Assembly (NCBI GenBank): GCA_965248435.1 | Contig: OZ252100.1 | Location: forward strand, 1,056,001-1,120,000 | Reading direction: 5' to 3' | Origin: Candidatus Latescibacterota bacterium | GTDB lineage: Bacteria; Latescibacterota; UBA2968; GCA-2709665 | Length of the DNA: 64,000 bases | In this document: positions 9,634 to 19,095 of the stretch, in pieces | Numbering within the stretch: the stretch's first letter is position 1 | Layout of the letters: every line of letters begins with the position of its first letter | Made by a program: the position numbers and the translations under genes | The notes under the pieces: model-generated | Database searches by the model: none | Seen by the model: the letters and a program-made list of their open reading frames with translations, nothing else | What the model was told of the DNA's origin: nothing

Positions 9634-11093
9634 CAAACTTCCTCTGCACGACACTGGTGATTTTTCGCGGAACCTTCTTCGTGTCCCTCGACCGCCCACT
9701 TTATGGCGTCAGCCACGATTCCGACTTCGTTAGATCGTGTGCTACGGAGGTCCAGCCATACGCGGTCTTCCCTCACGTATCCCAGAACTGGGGGGCTATG
9801 CTGCCTGAGACGGGTGGCCAATCCGGCAATCGAGCACCCTGCAGGACCCTTCAGGGTGAGCGCAATACTCGGGATCTTCTCCAGCGGCAGAGACCCACTG
9901 CCGCCCTGGGCCACTGAGTCCTGTAGACGTAAATCCCACCCGATACCGCCCAGATGTTTCAAAAGATCCAGAAGCCGCTTACCCCGCCGCCGCAGAATCG
10001 CCGGCGACTCGGTGAGCATCCTCAGCGTGGGGAGCGTCCGGATGAGGCGCTTTCGGTCCAGATAGAGTTTTAGGGTGGCTTCCAGGGCCGCATAGGTCAA
10101 CTTTCCGCATCGCACGGCTCGCATGAGTGGGTTCCGTCGAATCTGCTCGATCACATCTTTATTCCCCACAAGGATGCCGGCCTGAGGTCCCCCCAGGATC
10201 TTGTCCCCGCTAAAACATACCACATCGGCGCCCGCGGAAACACTTTCGGAGACGACGGGCTCGTAAGGCAGGCCGTATTCCCTGAGATCTATCAAAACGC
10301 CCCCACCCAGGTCGTGGGCCACGGGAAGCCCTTGCCGGTGACCCAGAGCGACCAGCTCGCTCAGCGGGACGTCAGACGCGAAGCCCAGAACTTGAAAGTT
10401 GCTGGGGTGGATCGCCATGAGCAGGCCCGTCCGTGCTGAGATCGCCTGCTCCACATCTTCGAGATGCGTCCGATTCGTCGTTCCGACCTCAACCATCCTG
10501 ACACCGCTTCGGGTCATAATGTCAGGGATTCGGAACGAATCGCCGATTTCGATCAGCTGTCCACGTGAAACGATGACTTCTCGATCGAGGGCGAGTGTAT
10601 TCAGGGTGATGAGGACAGCAGCTGCGTTGTTGTTCACGACGGCGGCCGCCTCCGCGCCCGTGAGCAGACAGAGCATCTCCTCGACAATTGTGGTCCTGGA
10701 CCCCCTCCTGCCGGATTCGAGGTCGAGCTCTAGATTGTTGTAACCTCCAGCTGTCTCCCTGATTTGGTCTATCGCCTCTTTGGGAAGCGGTGCCCTCCCC
10801 AGGTTCGTGTGCAGGATGATGCCTGTGGCGTTCACCACTCGCTTAAGGTTCGAGGAAAGCAAATTCTCCAACAGCCGGCGTAGCTCCACGATCGTAATAT
10901 CAATCAGCACTTCGCGATCAAACGCTTCAACGTTCCCGTTCACCAAAGCCTCCCTGACGGTGTCGAGCGCCGAACGCAGGAGATCCTTGATCAAAGATAA
11001 GTTGCACTGCTCTGCCATAGCCTGAACGGCCGGTTCCGTAAGTACGCGGTCGACCGAGGGAATCATAGCGAGTTCTGATTGAGATACGGTCAT
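9633..11093 (-). CDS. selA: L-seryl-tRNA(Sec) selenium transferase
   Basis: VVNATGIILHTNLGRAPL, VNNNAAAV, EVGTTNRT, FSGDKILGGPQAG. Confidence 0.97.
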   Translation of the reverse strand: MTVSQSELAMIPSVDRVLTEPAVQAMAEQCNLSLIKDLLRSALDTVREALVNGNVEAFDREVLIDITIVELRRLLENLLSSNLKRVVNATGIILHTNLGRAPLPKEAIDQIRETAGGYNNLELDLESGRRGSRTTIVEEMLCLLTGAEAAAVVNNNAAAVLITLNTLALDREVIVSRGQLIEIGDSFRIPDIMTRSGVRMVEVGTTNRTHLEDVEQAISARTGLLMAIHPSNFQVLGFASDVPLSELVALGHRQGLPVAHDLGGGVLIDLREYGLPYEPVVSESVSAGADVVCFSGDKILGGPQAGILVGNKDVIEQIRRNPLMRAVRCGKLTYAALEATLKLYLDRKRLIRTLPTLRMLTESPAILRRRGKRLLDLLKHLGGIGWDLRLQDSVAQGGSGSLPLEKIPSIALTLKGPAGCSIAGLATRLRQHSPPVLGYVREDRVWLDLRSTRSNEVGIVADAIKWAVEGHEEGSAKNHQCRAEEV

Positions 11094-11107
11094 ATGCCTT
11101 TTCTAAC

Positions 11108-12928
11108 TCAATCGTAAGGTGCGATCCTGAAGACAATGCTTTTAGACGCAGATTGGTCGGTCAGCAGATCCGTTACGGTCGCATCCACAGCCTGCCTGCC
11201 AGGCTCCGTTTCAGACAAATCCAGCTCCACGTAGATCACGTCATCACTACTGTTTCCAACCTGGTCATACGCCACCTCTATCTCCTGTCCCTGCGCTGAT
11301 GATCGAAACAGCTCCCCGAAACCTCGAAGGACCTTCGCGGGCGCGGACTTCTTATCCAGAGATCGAATCGAATAGCTAACGCGGTAGCGGGCTTGACCGA
11401 ATTCATCCCGCTTCAAATCGTAGATTTCGAAATAAACGAAGGCGTGTTGCTTTTTGCGAAACGACCCGGACGACATCGGAACAATCTTCAATCGGTTTTT
11501 GACGAAGGGCTCCTCCTCTTCGGCATCGGTAATCGAGAAGGCGACTTCAAGGTCGCTGATCTTCAGCGTGTCTCCCTTCGTGTAGTCCTGGAGTGTCAGC
11601 GCTTCCCTGTAGGCCTTCGACCTCCCCGATAGGACATCATCGACCTGGAGGGCCAGGTGATAGAAACCTGGAGGAAGCTCGACGGCGAGCTCGCCCGGAA
11701 TAAACGCTCCGTCCAGGATCTGCTGCTCGGTGGGCGTCTGGAACGCAAGCTGGTCCTTCATCCGGTAGACCTCCTCCCAGGATGAATTGAACAGGGCCAA
11801 TCCCCTATCCAGGACAAGCAAGTCGGAGGTCTCATCCACCTGGAGCCTTGCCATCTCCGATGCCGGGAGACCGTAATAGATCTCCAGCCGCGTCTTTCCT
11901 TGTTCCCCCCGAAAACCAGCCGTGTAGTAGTAGAAATCGATTAGAAGGCCAGCGTCGCCTTCGTAGACGACCTGCTGATGAGCAGTAGTCTTTTCGATCA
12001 GATCACGACCGTGAAATCTCTGAAGTTCGCCGATCATCGACAACGGGACACCCGGTGGAACAGGGGCGAAGATGTAGAGATTCTTTCCGAATTCGTTGAC
12101 AAAGGTAAATTCCGTACCGTGAGCAAGACGTGTATACACCCAGTACTCCCATTTGACATCGCCCCTCACAGGGAAAGTTGGATGGCCGGGGACCACTTCG
12201 GGTCTTGCCCGAAAGCGATTCGCGAAATTTTCCCTTGCATCCTGAATGTCTCGATCCAGTTCTGCCTGCATGTCGTTTGAACGGCTGAGGTGATCTGGAG
12301 CGCCCAACCGAACGAAGACTTCCCCCCGATCGTCCCAGGGAAACTTTGCCGCAGAGAAATGTTCTCGGGCGTGTGCCACCCTTCGGTAATGCTCAAGGCG
12401 ATGCTCGTTCGAGGAGGATAGAGGCGTTGGATCCCGGAAACTCCAGTAGCGCCTGGCCAATACCTCACGCGTGATCTCCGAAAGCGATTCGTAGACCTCT
12501 CGCTCTGCATCCGTCACGACGAGCCCGATGTCCCGGTATATCTCCTGCTCCTCATCAGGGAGGCGCTCGATATAGCGTTCGAATAACCGTTCTATAAGCT
12601 CCGTTTCCTGCGCCAAATTCTCAATACGTGTGGCCTCCAGGAAGGGGCCCGCCTCACCACTTTCAGGGAGAATCGAGAGCGCCTGAAGCACGTCCAGGGC
12701 CTCAGAGTCTCGCCCCTGAGTGAAAAGCAGCCTTCCAAGAAGGACATAGTCCTTTGGCTGGCCAACATCAGAGGCGATTATGTATTGGAGCTTCGAAACG
12801 GCGTTCGCGCTTTCCCCAGCAGCCGCATCTTCGGCGGCGGCTCTGCGCAGGGAATCGGCTTGAAATGAGGAATCCTGGGCAAGGGCGATTCCAGGAATCA
12901 GCAGCAGGAATAGGATTTTCTGAATCAT
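11108..12928 (-). CDS. GWxTD-type domain exported protein with short TPR-like N-region
   Basis: Signal peptide MIQKILFLLLIPGIALA; YW..RDPTP...NEH..EHYRRV..A...F...PWDDRGEVFVRLGAPD; C-terminal VYFEIY beta-sandwich region; start uncertain. Confidence 0.8.
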   Translation of the reverse strand: MIQKILFLLLIPGIALAQDSSFQADSLRRAAAEDAAAGESANAVSKLQYIIASDVGQPKDYVLLGRLLFTQGRDSEALDVLQALSILPESGEAGPFLEATRIENLAQETELIERLFERYIERLPDEEQEIYRDIGLVVTDAEREVYESLSEITREVLARRYWSFRDPTPLSSSNEHRLEHYRRVAHAREHFSAAKFPWDDRGEVFVRLGAPDHLSRSNDMQAELDRDIQDARENFANRFRARPEVVPGHPTFPVRGDVKWEYWVYTRLAHGTEFTFVNEFGKNLYIFAPVPPGVPLSMIGELQRFHGRDLIEKTTAHQQVVYEGDAGLLIDFYYYTAGFRGEQGKTRLEIYYGLPASEMARLQVDETSDLLVLDRGLALFNSSWEEVYRMKDQLAFQTPTEQQILDGAFIPGELAVELPPGFYHLALQVDDVLSGRSKAYREALTLQDYTKGDTLKISDLEVAFSITDAEEEEPFVKNRLKIVPMSSGSFRKKQHAFVYFEIYDLKRDEFGQARYRVSYSIRSLDKKSAPAKVLRGFGELFRSSAQGQEIEVAYDQVGNSSDDVIYVELDLSETEPGRQAVDATVTDLLTDQSASKSIVFRIAPYD

Positions 12929-13146
12929 CTGGGGCAGTTCGCTCACTACAGTGAAAGAAAACCGCCCCCCCAAAAAAACCTGCGAGCGGCGGTAAATTAT
13001 GGGTAAAATCTAGTCAAAATGGCCTTACAGGGCAAAAGAAATTCTCGAACAATATCGGGGACCCCATCATCTCGGTTCTCTCCGTAACACATTATCTCCC
13101 AGTAGGATGAAGCGTATTTTACGGCGAAAAGAACAGCCTTTCTGCG

Positions 13147-13175
13147 TTGACATCCCACTGCCCCCGGCGTATCTT
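13147..13175 (+). promoter_or_regulatory. sigma70-type promoter of galU-fbaB
   Basis: TTGACA-17 nt-TATCTT. Confidence 0.65.
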
Positions 13176-13216
13176 AGACTCCGGCCTTCATCCCTGCTTT
13201 GTAGAGAAAGAAGAAT

Positions 13217-14065
13217 ATGCCAATCATCAAAGCGGTCGTCCCCGTCGCAGGCCTGGGTACCCGTCTCCTGCCTACCACCAAGGCGATCCCAAAAGTGATG
13301 CTCCCCCTCGGGCGGTATCCAGCGATCCAGCACGTTGTCGAAGAGATGGTCGCAGCGGGCTTGAGGAAGTTTCTGTTCGTTACTTCGCAGGCGAACTCCC
13401 TCATCAAAGAACAGTTCGACAATAACGATCGAGAAATCGAGTTTTCTTATATCGAACAGCCGATACCTGAAGGCAGCACGAAACCTGAAGGGACGGGGGC
13501 GGCCATCGCTTGCGCCGAGCGGTTCGTGAACGGTGACCATTTTGTGGTCGCTTATGGGGACACGATTATTCATTCGACCAGGAAGCCGAATTACGTTCGA
13601 CGCATGATCGAAGAACACCTCAGGCACGGCGTCAGCTGTACCTTGGGCGTTCGTTCTGTCGGTCCCGATCGTGTGAGTCAATACGGCGTCGTAAAGCCGA
13701 ACGCTGCTGCGGATACCTCTTCAGAAAGCTTTCAGATCGATGACGTCGTGGAAAAACCTTCTCCGGAGAATGCGCCCAGTGATCTGGCCATCAACGGACG
13801 GTATGTCTTTGGACCCGGGGTCTTCGATGAAATCAGGACACTCAGTCCGGGCCCACGCAACGAGATCGAAGTTACTGACGCGATTCGGGGCTTGATTCAG
13901 TCCCGGGGTGGGGTTCGATCTGTTCAGATGGACTCGGGCGAAATACGCTATGACATCGGAAACCACGAAACTTACTTCAAGGCATTCATCGACTTTGCGT
14001 TACAGGACGCAGACTACGGACAAGCCGTCCGAAGCTACTTGGCTGAGCGTTCTGAAGAGGCGTAG
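13217..14065 (+). CDS. galU: UTP--glucose-1-phosphate uridylyltransferase
   Basis: [51 protein letters not shown]. Confidence 0.85.
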   Translation: MPIIKAVVPVAGLGTRLLPTTKAIPKVMLPLGRYPAIQHVVEEMVAAGLRKFLFVTSQANSLIKEQFDNNDREIEFSYIEQPIPEGSTKPEGTGAAIACAERFVNGDHFVVAYGDTIIHSTRKPNYVRRMIEEHLRHGVSCTLGVRSVGPDRVSQYGVVKPNAAADTSSESFQIDDVVEKPSPENAPSDLAINGRYVFGPGVFDEIRTLSPGPRNEIEVTDAIRGLIQSRGGVRSVQMDSGEIRYDIGNHETYFKAFIDFALQDADYGQAVRSYLAERSEEA

Positions 14066-14091
14066 GCGCCAGATCAAGAGGAGGACGAAAA

Positions 14092-15144
14092 ATGACCGAC
14101 ACAATAAGACAATACCTGGGAGGTGACGCGGAGGATTTGCTGAACTATGAATGCAAGATCTCAAAGAGCCTGTTGAGTCTGCCTGGCCCCGACTTTGTGG
14201 ATCGGGTCTTTCAAGACTCCGATAGGCCAATCCGCGTCCTCAGCAGTCTCCAGCGTCTTTTCAACAGCGGGCGGCTTGCCGGCACAGGACACGTTTCGAT
14301 CCTGCCAATCGACCAGGGAATCGAGCACTCTGGAGGCGCATCCTTCGCGCCCAACCCGATCTACTTCGACCCCGAAAACATCCTAAAACTCGCCACGGAA
14401 GGCGGGTGCAATGCGGTGGCAACGACCCTGGGTGTATTGGGTCTCGTGGCCAGGAAGTACGCACACAAGATCCCCTTCATCCTCAAGTTCAATCACAATC
14501 AGCTCCTCACTTATCCCGCCGTCTACGATCAGGTCTCTTTTGCACAAATCGAACAGGCCTGGGACATGGGCGCTGCCGGTGTCGGAGCGACGATCTACTT
14601 CGGATCTGCCGAATCGAATCGACAGATTACCGAAGTCAGTGAGGCATTCCAGCGCGCTCACGAACTCGGGATGTTCACCGTACTCTGGTGCTACCTGAGA
14701 AACTCCGCGTTCAAGACGGACGAAACGGATTACCACGAAGCGGCAGATCTGACGGGTCAGGCGAATCATCTAGGGGTGACCATACAGGCCGACATCATCA
14801 AGCAAAAGCTGCCGACGAGCAATGGCGGCTACACAGCGCTGAAATTCGGACGCACGCACGACAAGGTTTACACTGAAATGACCTCCGACCATCCCATAGA
14901 CCTCTGCCGATATCAGGTCGTGAACTGCTACATGGGCAGAATCGGTCTGATCAATTCTGGCGGTGCGTCTTCAGGGGCAAGCGACTATGCAGAAGCCGTT
15001 CGCACGGCTGTCATCAACAAACGCGCGGGCGGCACAGGGCTGATTTCCGGTCGCAAAGCGTTCCAGCGCCCGATGGACGAGGGCTGTCAGCTCCTGAATG
15101 CGATTCAGGATGTTTATCTCTCGAAAGAGATTACGGCCGCATGA
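14092..15144 (+). CDS. fbaB: Class I fructose-bisphosphate aldolase
   Basis: [62 protein letters not shown]. Confidence 0.95.
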   Translation: MTDTIRQYLGGDAEDLLNYECKISKSLLSLPGPDFVDRVFQDSDRPIRVLSSLQRLFNSGRLAGTGHVSILPIDQGIEHSGGASFAPNPIYFDPENILKLATEGGCNAVATTLGVLGLVARKYAHKIPFILKFNHNQLLTYPAVYDQVSFAQIEQAWDMGAAGVGATIYFGSAESNRQITEVSEAFQRAHELGMFTVLWCYLRNSAFKTDETDYHEAADLTGQANHLGVTIQADIIKQKLPTSNGGYTALKFGRTHDKVYTEMTSDHPIDLCRYQVVNCYMGRIGLINSGGASSGASDYAEAVRTAVINKRAGGTGLISGRKAFQRPMDEGCQLLNAIQDVYLSKEITAA

Positions 15145-15213
15145 CGGTAGAAATAGAAAAAGGACCCTGTGCCGAGAAGCACAAGGTCCTCAAACGAACG
15201 ATCATTCCGAAGG

Positions 15214-16602
15214 CTACCTCTTCTTTTTCTTCTGTTTGGGCATGTATTTTTTCAGCCGCTGCACAATCACATCGGCCGTATAGGGCTTTACGACATAATC
15301 GTTGGCTCCCGACTGAACGGCTTCCACAACGGTCTCGCTGTCGGTCAATGAGGTCAGCATCACGATGGGGATTTGGGATAGGTCTTCGGTATCCCTGATC
15401 TTCTTCAGCGCTTCGAGACCGTTCATGCGCGGCATCATAACGTCCAGCATGATCATCCCCGGTGGATCCTTCTTGGCCAGTTCGAACGCTTCGTATCCGT
15501 TCGTGGCCTCCACCGGGACGAACCCCGCCTTCTTGATCACAAAGCTGAGCGCCCTCCTGCTGGCGATCGAGTCTTCCGCGATCAAAACCTTGTTTGAAAC
15601 CCGTGCGGGTTCAGCAGGCTTCGGAACCAGCGATCCTCCGCATTCACTGCAAAATTTGCCGCTCTGATCCCCGGCTTGACAGTTCGGGCAGGTCGTAAGG
15701 GCCTCCTCAGCCTTTGGAGCTTCATCGGCAGCCTCCGCGTCAACCTGGATCGAAAAAATCTCTCCGATCGTCTTGGCCGGACCAAAAATCTTTCCCAACA
15801 GCTCGTCGACTTTTTTCGGACCGAACCCGAAGAAGGTCTTCGCACGGTCGTCAAGACGTTCCCGAAGCTTTTCAGAGTCGCTATCGAAAAGGAAATCCAC
15901 GAGCAGACTCGCCAGATTGACCACCTGGACGATCTTCTTGTGTTCTTCGGAAATCTCCTCATCGAACTCCGCAAAATGATGGTGACGGATCACCTCGATC
16001 AGAAGTCGAGGGAGTTTCCAATTTGCGCAAAGGACCGCGCCTACGTGGGCATGGTCAACCCCGAGCGCCTCGCGTTCCGCCTTGGCCAGGTGGACACCCT
16101 TGGTTCGGGAGATGCCCATAGCACCACCGTAGTCCAGCGGACGGGTACGCACCAGGAACAGTACGCCGATATCCTGTACGAGACCAACGGTGAACACATC
16201 GGCGGGCAGCTCGCCAGACATATTCGCTGCGATTTCACCTGCCGCTACACCGCAGCAAATAGATCGCTCCCAAAACTTACCGTAGTCGAATCCTCCAGAC
16301 GAATCCGCGGGAAACAGATCCAGAACCGTTATTCCCACAGCAAGGTTGCAGATCTTCTTGTATCCGATGAGCGAGACGGCTGTAGAAACATCCTTCACGG
16401 ATTCTCCAAGACCGTAAAATGGAGAATTCACGATCTTCAGCATTTTGCCGACCAGCTGCTCTTCAGATTGGATCTTTTCGGCGATCTTCTGGACGGGCGC
16501 ACTGAGGTCCGTCGTCATCCGTGCAATTTCAGCCGCGATTGGTGAAAGCTTCGGAAAATCCTCAACTTTCTGAACCATTTTTACGACTTCATCATCCTTC
16601 AT
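15214..16602 (-). CDS. HDOD domain + zinc ribbon + C-terminal response-regulator receiver protein
   Basis: HDOD: LKIVNSPFYG, GLVQDIG, E...LGVDHAHVG...W.LP...IRHHH; CPNC...CSECG; REC: IAEDS, LDVMMPRMNG, MLTS, DYVVKPY. Confidence 0.88.
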   Translation of the reverse strand: MKDDEVVKMVQKVEDFPKLSPIAAEIARMTTDLSAPVQKIAEKIQSEEQLVGKMLKIVNSPFYGLGESVKDVSTAVSLIGYKKICNLAVGITVLDLFPADSSGGFDYGKFWERSICCGVAAGEIAANMSGELPADVFTVGLVQDIGVLFLVRTRPLDYGGAMGISRTKGVHLAKAEREALGVDHAHVGAVLCANWKLPRLLIEVIRHHHFAEFDEEISEEHKKIVQVVNLASLLVDFLFDSDSEKLRERLDDRAKTFFGFGPKKVDELLGKIFGPAKTIGEIFSIQVDAEAADEAPKAEEALTTCPNCQAGDQSGKFCSECGGSLVPKPAEPARVSNKVLIAEDSIASRRALSFVIKKAGFVPVEATNGYEAFELAKKDPPGMIMLDVMMPRMNGLEALKKIRDTEDLSQIPIVMLTSLTDSETVVEAVQSGANDYVVKPYTADVIVQRLKKYMPKQKKKKR

Positions 16603-16619
16603 AGATTCACCCAAGACGA

Positions 16620-17066
16620 TTACTGCTCCTTACTCTTGACCAGTTGCTTTCCGTCGAATATCATCTCACCTTTCTCGTAAATACATCCCGTTTTTTCGTC
16701 AAGCTCGTACTTCATCAACTGCCCCAGAGAGAGGTGTTCGAACACTACTTTGGGATCTTTGTACTTTTCAATCAGCTTTTCGATGGGGCCTTCGAATTCA
16801 ATGCGCTTGCGCGTCGGTTTCGCCTTCTCTCGTTGAGCCTGTTCCTCTTTGGAGAGGATCGGCAAGCGTTCGGCGGCGGGGCCCAGTCTGCTCGCATATT
16901 CCTGCCTTTTCCTGTATCGGTCGTGTTGCTTCTCGACCTCGGTCTTCTCTTCCCCCTCATAAAAAGCGGCAACCTGATCCGCTTTGTCGCGAAACTTTTC
17001 CTGCTCTTTCTCTTTCAGATTGTCCCTTCCCGCCTGCCTCAAAATGTCTCTAACCGAGCGGCTCAT
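16620..17066 (-). CDS. Hypothetical highly charged protein
   Basis: 148-aa ORF with AGGAGG RBS before ATG 17066; co-oriented with the HDOD gene 17 nt downstream. Confidence 0.7.
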   Translation of the reverse strand: MSRSVRDILRQAGRDNLKEKEQEKFRDKADQVAAFYEGEEKTEVEKQHDRYRKRQEYASRLGPAAERLPILSKEEQAQREKAKPTRKRIEFEGPIEKLIEKYKDPKVVFEHLSLGQLMKYELDEKTGCIYEKGEMIFDGKQLVKSKEQ

Positions 17067-17282
17067 TCGTCCTGCCTCCTGAGTCAATTCGAGCCTGTCG
17101 ACCACGGCCGAAGGCGAAACTCAACTAATCATGAAATAGACGACCGGTCCTCTTCGCAGCGCAGCCGACATAAACAGGAGAATACGGCACATTAGGGATG
17201 GGTTCGGGCGACTGCACCAGCGAAGGGAAAACAGATTCTGGACCGAGATCGGGTTAAGGATCAATCCGATTCGACCCCGAAA

Positions 17283-17311
17283 AACATACCTAGCAGGCTG
17301 GTGATTGTCAA
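17283..17311 (-). promoter_or_regulatory. sigma70-type promoter of the hypothetical/HDOD operon
   Basis: TTGACA-17 nt-TATGTT on the minus strand. Confidence 0.65.
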
Positions 17312-17404
17312 CGGGTATTTTGATATTGATTGGGCCATTTTCGGCTACAGATGTGCCATTTTCGGACCGGTACGATCCGCGGCGATCTGCTTGCCTGAAA
17401 CCGA

Positions 17405-17433
17405 TTGACTTGCCCGTGGATGCAATTTACTTT
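17405..17433 (+). promoter_or_regulatory. sigma70-type promoter of mazG
   Basis: TTGACT-17 nt-TACTTT. Confidence 0.5.
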
Positions 17434-17510
17434 ACAAATCTCGTTTAGGATCCAACTCCTCAGCCTCGGAACTCTTCCTCCACAGGGTTGGTTCGAAAGG
17501 GACGCATTCG

Positions 17511-18290
17511 GTGATGATCGAATTCGATCGGCTGGTGAAGATCATGAGTCAACTCAGGGGCCCAAAAGGCTGCCCGTGGGACCTCGAACAAACCCACGAG
17601 AGCCTCAAGTCATACCTGGTCGAGGAGGCCTATGAGGTCCTGGATGCGATCGACAGCGGAAATGATCGTGAACTGCGGGAGGAATTAGGCGATGTTCTTC
17701 TTCAGATCGTTTTCCACGCCCAGATCGCGAGCGAGGAGGGACGCTTCGACATCGAGGAGATCTCAGCCTCTCTTTCAGAGAAGCTGCTTCGCAGACATCC
17801 GCACGTCTTTGGAAACACAGAGGTGGCAGATGCGGACGAGGTCTTGAAAAACTGGAAAGCCATAAAATCCCAGGAGGCCCGGGAGAAGGGGGCGAAAGCT
17901 TTCACACTTTCAGGAATTCCACGGCACATGCCAGCACTTCTGAGGGCAGAACGGATTCAGGGAAGGGCTGCCAGCGTCGGATTCGAATGGACAGATCCCG
18001 ACGAGGCGAAAGAAAAGGTCACCGAGGAACTGAAAGAATTTCTGGACGCCCGTTCGACCGGGGACCTGGGAAAGACAGAGGAGGAACTGGGAGACCTGCT
18101 CTTCGCATTGATAAACGTGGCACGCTTCATCCAGGTATCTCCTGAAGAGGCACTTCGAAAGACCATCGACAAATTCGAGACTCGCTTTCGATTCATCGAA
18201 ACGGAGTTGGAAAAGGAGGGCAGGGATCCCCGCAGTGCGAGCCTTGAAGAGATGGATAGGCTCTGGCAGAAGGCAAAAAGGAATGCATAA
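17511..18290 (+). CDS. mazG: Nucleoside triphosphate pyrophosphohydrolase MazG
   Basis: LRGPKGCPWDLEQT, EEAYEV, EELGDVLLQ, RRHPHVF, second EEELGDLLF. Confidence 0.95.
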   Translation: MMIEFDRLVKIMSQLRGPKGCPWDLEQTHESLKSYLVEEAYEVLDAIDSGNDRELREELGDVLLQIVFHAQIASEEGRFDIEEISASLSEKLLRRHPHVFGNTEVADADEVLKNWKAIKSQEAREKGAKAFTLSGIPRHMPALLRAERIQGRAASVGFEWTDPDEAKEKVTEELKEFLDARSTGDLGKTEEELGDLLFALINVARFIQVSPEEALRKTIDKFETRFRFIETELEKEGRDPRSASLEEMDRLWQKAKRNA

Positions 18291-18320
18291 GACCATCCAT
18301 GACGCGAAGGAGACGCCGAA

Positions 18321-19067
18321 ATGAAGAATCCCGTTCGAGAGAGTTTGACCCGGGGCAGGGTGTCCATCGGAGGATGGCTGAATCTGTCCTCCCCGCTGGC
18401 AGCCGAAATCATGGCCAGCTCGGGTTTGGAGTGGCTCACCGTGGACGGCGAACATTCACCATTCGATCTCCCACTCATCGTAGAGACGTTTCGGGCCATC
18501 GAAAACCGTGGAGCAACGCCGTTCATTCGTACCTGGGATCACGACCCGGTAAGCCTCGCACGACTTCTTGATGCCGGGGCCTATGGCATCATTGTCCCGC
18601 ACGTCTCAACGCCACAGCAGGCAGAGGCGATAGCAAAAGCAATGCGCTACCCACCCACGGGAGCTCGCTCCACGGGCACGGGCAGAATCGCGATTTACGG
18701 CAGAGAGTACTACAAGATAGCGAATGACGAAATCCTAGTCATTCCGCAGATCGAGGATATGGAGGGGATCGACAACACAGAGGCGATTATGTCTGTCGAG
18801 GGTATTGACGTCGGCTTCCTGGGACCCGGGGACCTTTCCATCTCAATGGGCGTGGAGCGAGGTTCCCCCTCTCACGAAGAGGCCCTTCAGAAGTTCGCCG
18901 ACGCCTGCAAAAAGGTCGGCAAGCCGTATGGCATCCCCGAGCGCGGCCTTGAAGAGATAAAAAAGCGTATCGATCAGGGGTTCCAGATGATCGACATCGC
19001 CAGTGACCTCAGGACCCTCGAGACTGGCGTTACGACGCAATTGTCCGATGTTCGAGCACTTCTGTAA
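18321..19067 (+). CDS. HpcH/HpaI aldolase family protein
   Basis: VDGEH, LDAGAYGIIVPHV, YPPTGARS, QIE, FLGPGDLS. Confidence 0.9.
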   Translation: MKNPVRESLTRGRVSIGGWLNLSSPLAAEIMASSGLEWLTVDGEHSPFDLPLIVETFRAIENRGATPFIRTWDHDPVSLARLLDAGAYGIIVPHVSTPQQAEAIAKAMRYPPTGARSTGTGRIAIYGREYYKIANDEILVIPQIEDMEGIDNTEAIMSVEGIDVGFLGPGDLSISMGVERGSPSHEEALQKFADACKKVGKPYGIPERGLEEIKKRIDQGFQMIDIASDLRTLETGVTTQLSDVRALL

Positions 19068-19095
19068 CACGACCGGCGAGAGGGAGTGGGCTCCG

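Noticed and set aside
17511-18290. MazG as part of a toxin-antitoxin or anti-phage system
   Set aside because: Canonical two-domain housekeeping MazG with no toxin or defence neighbours
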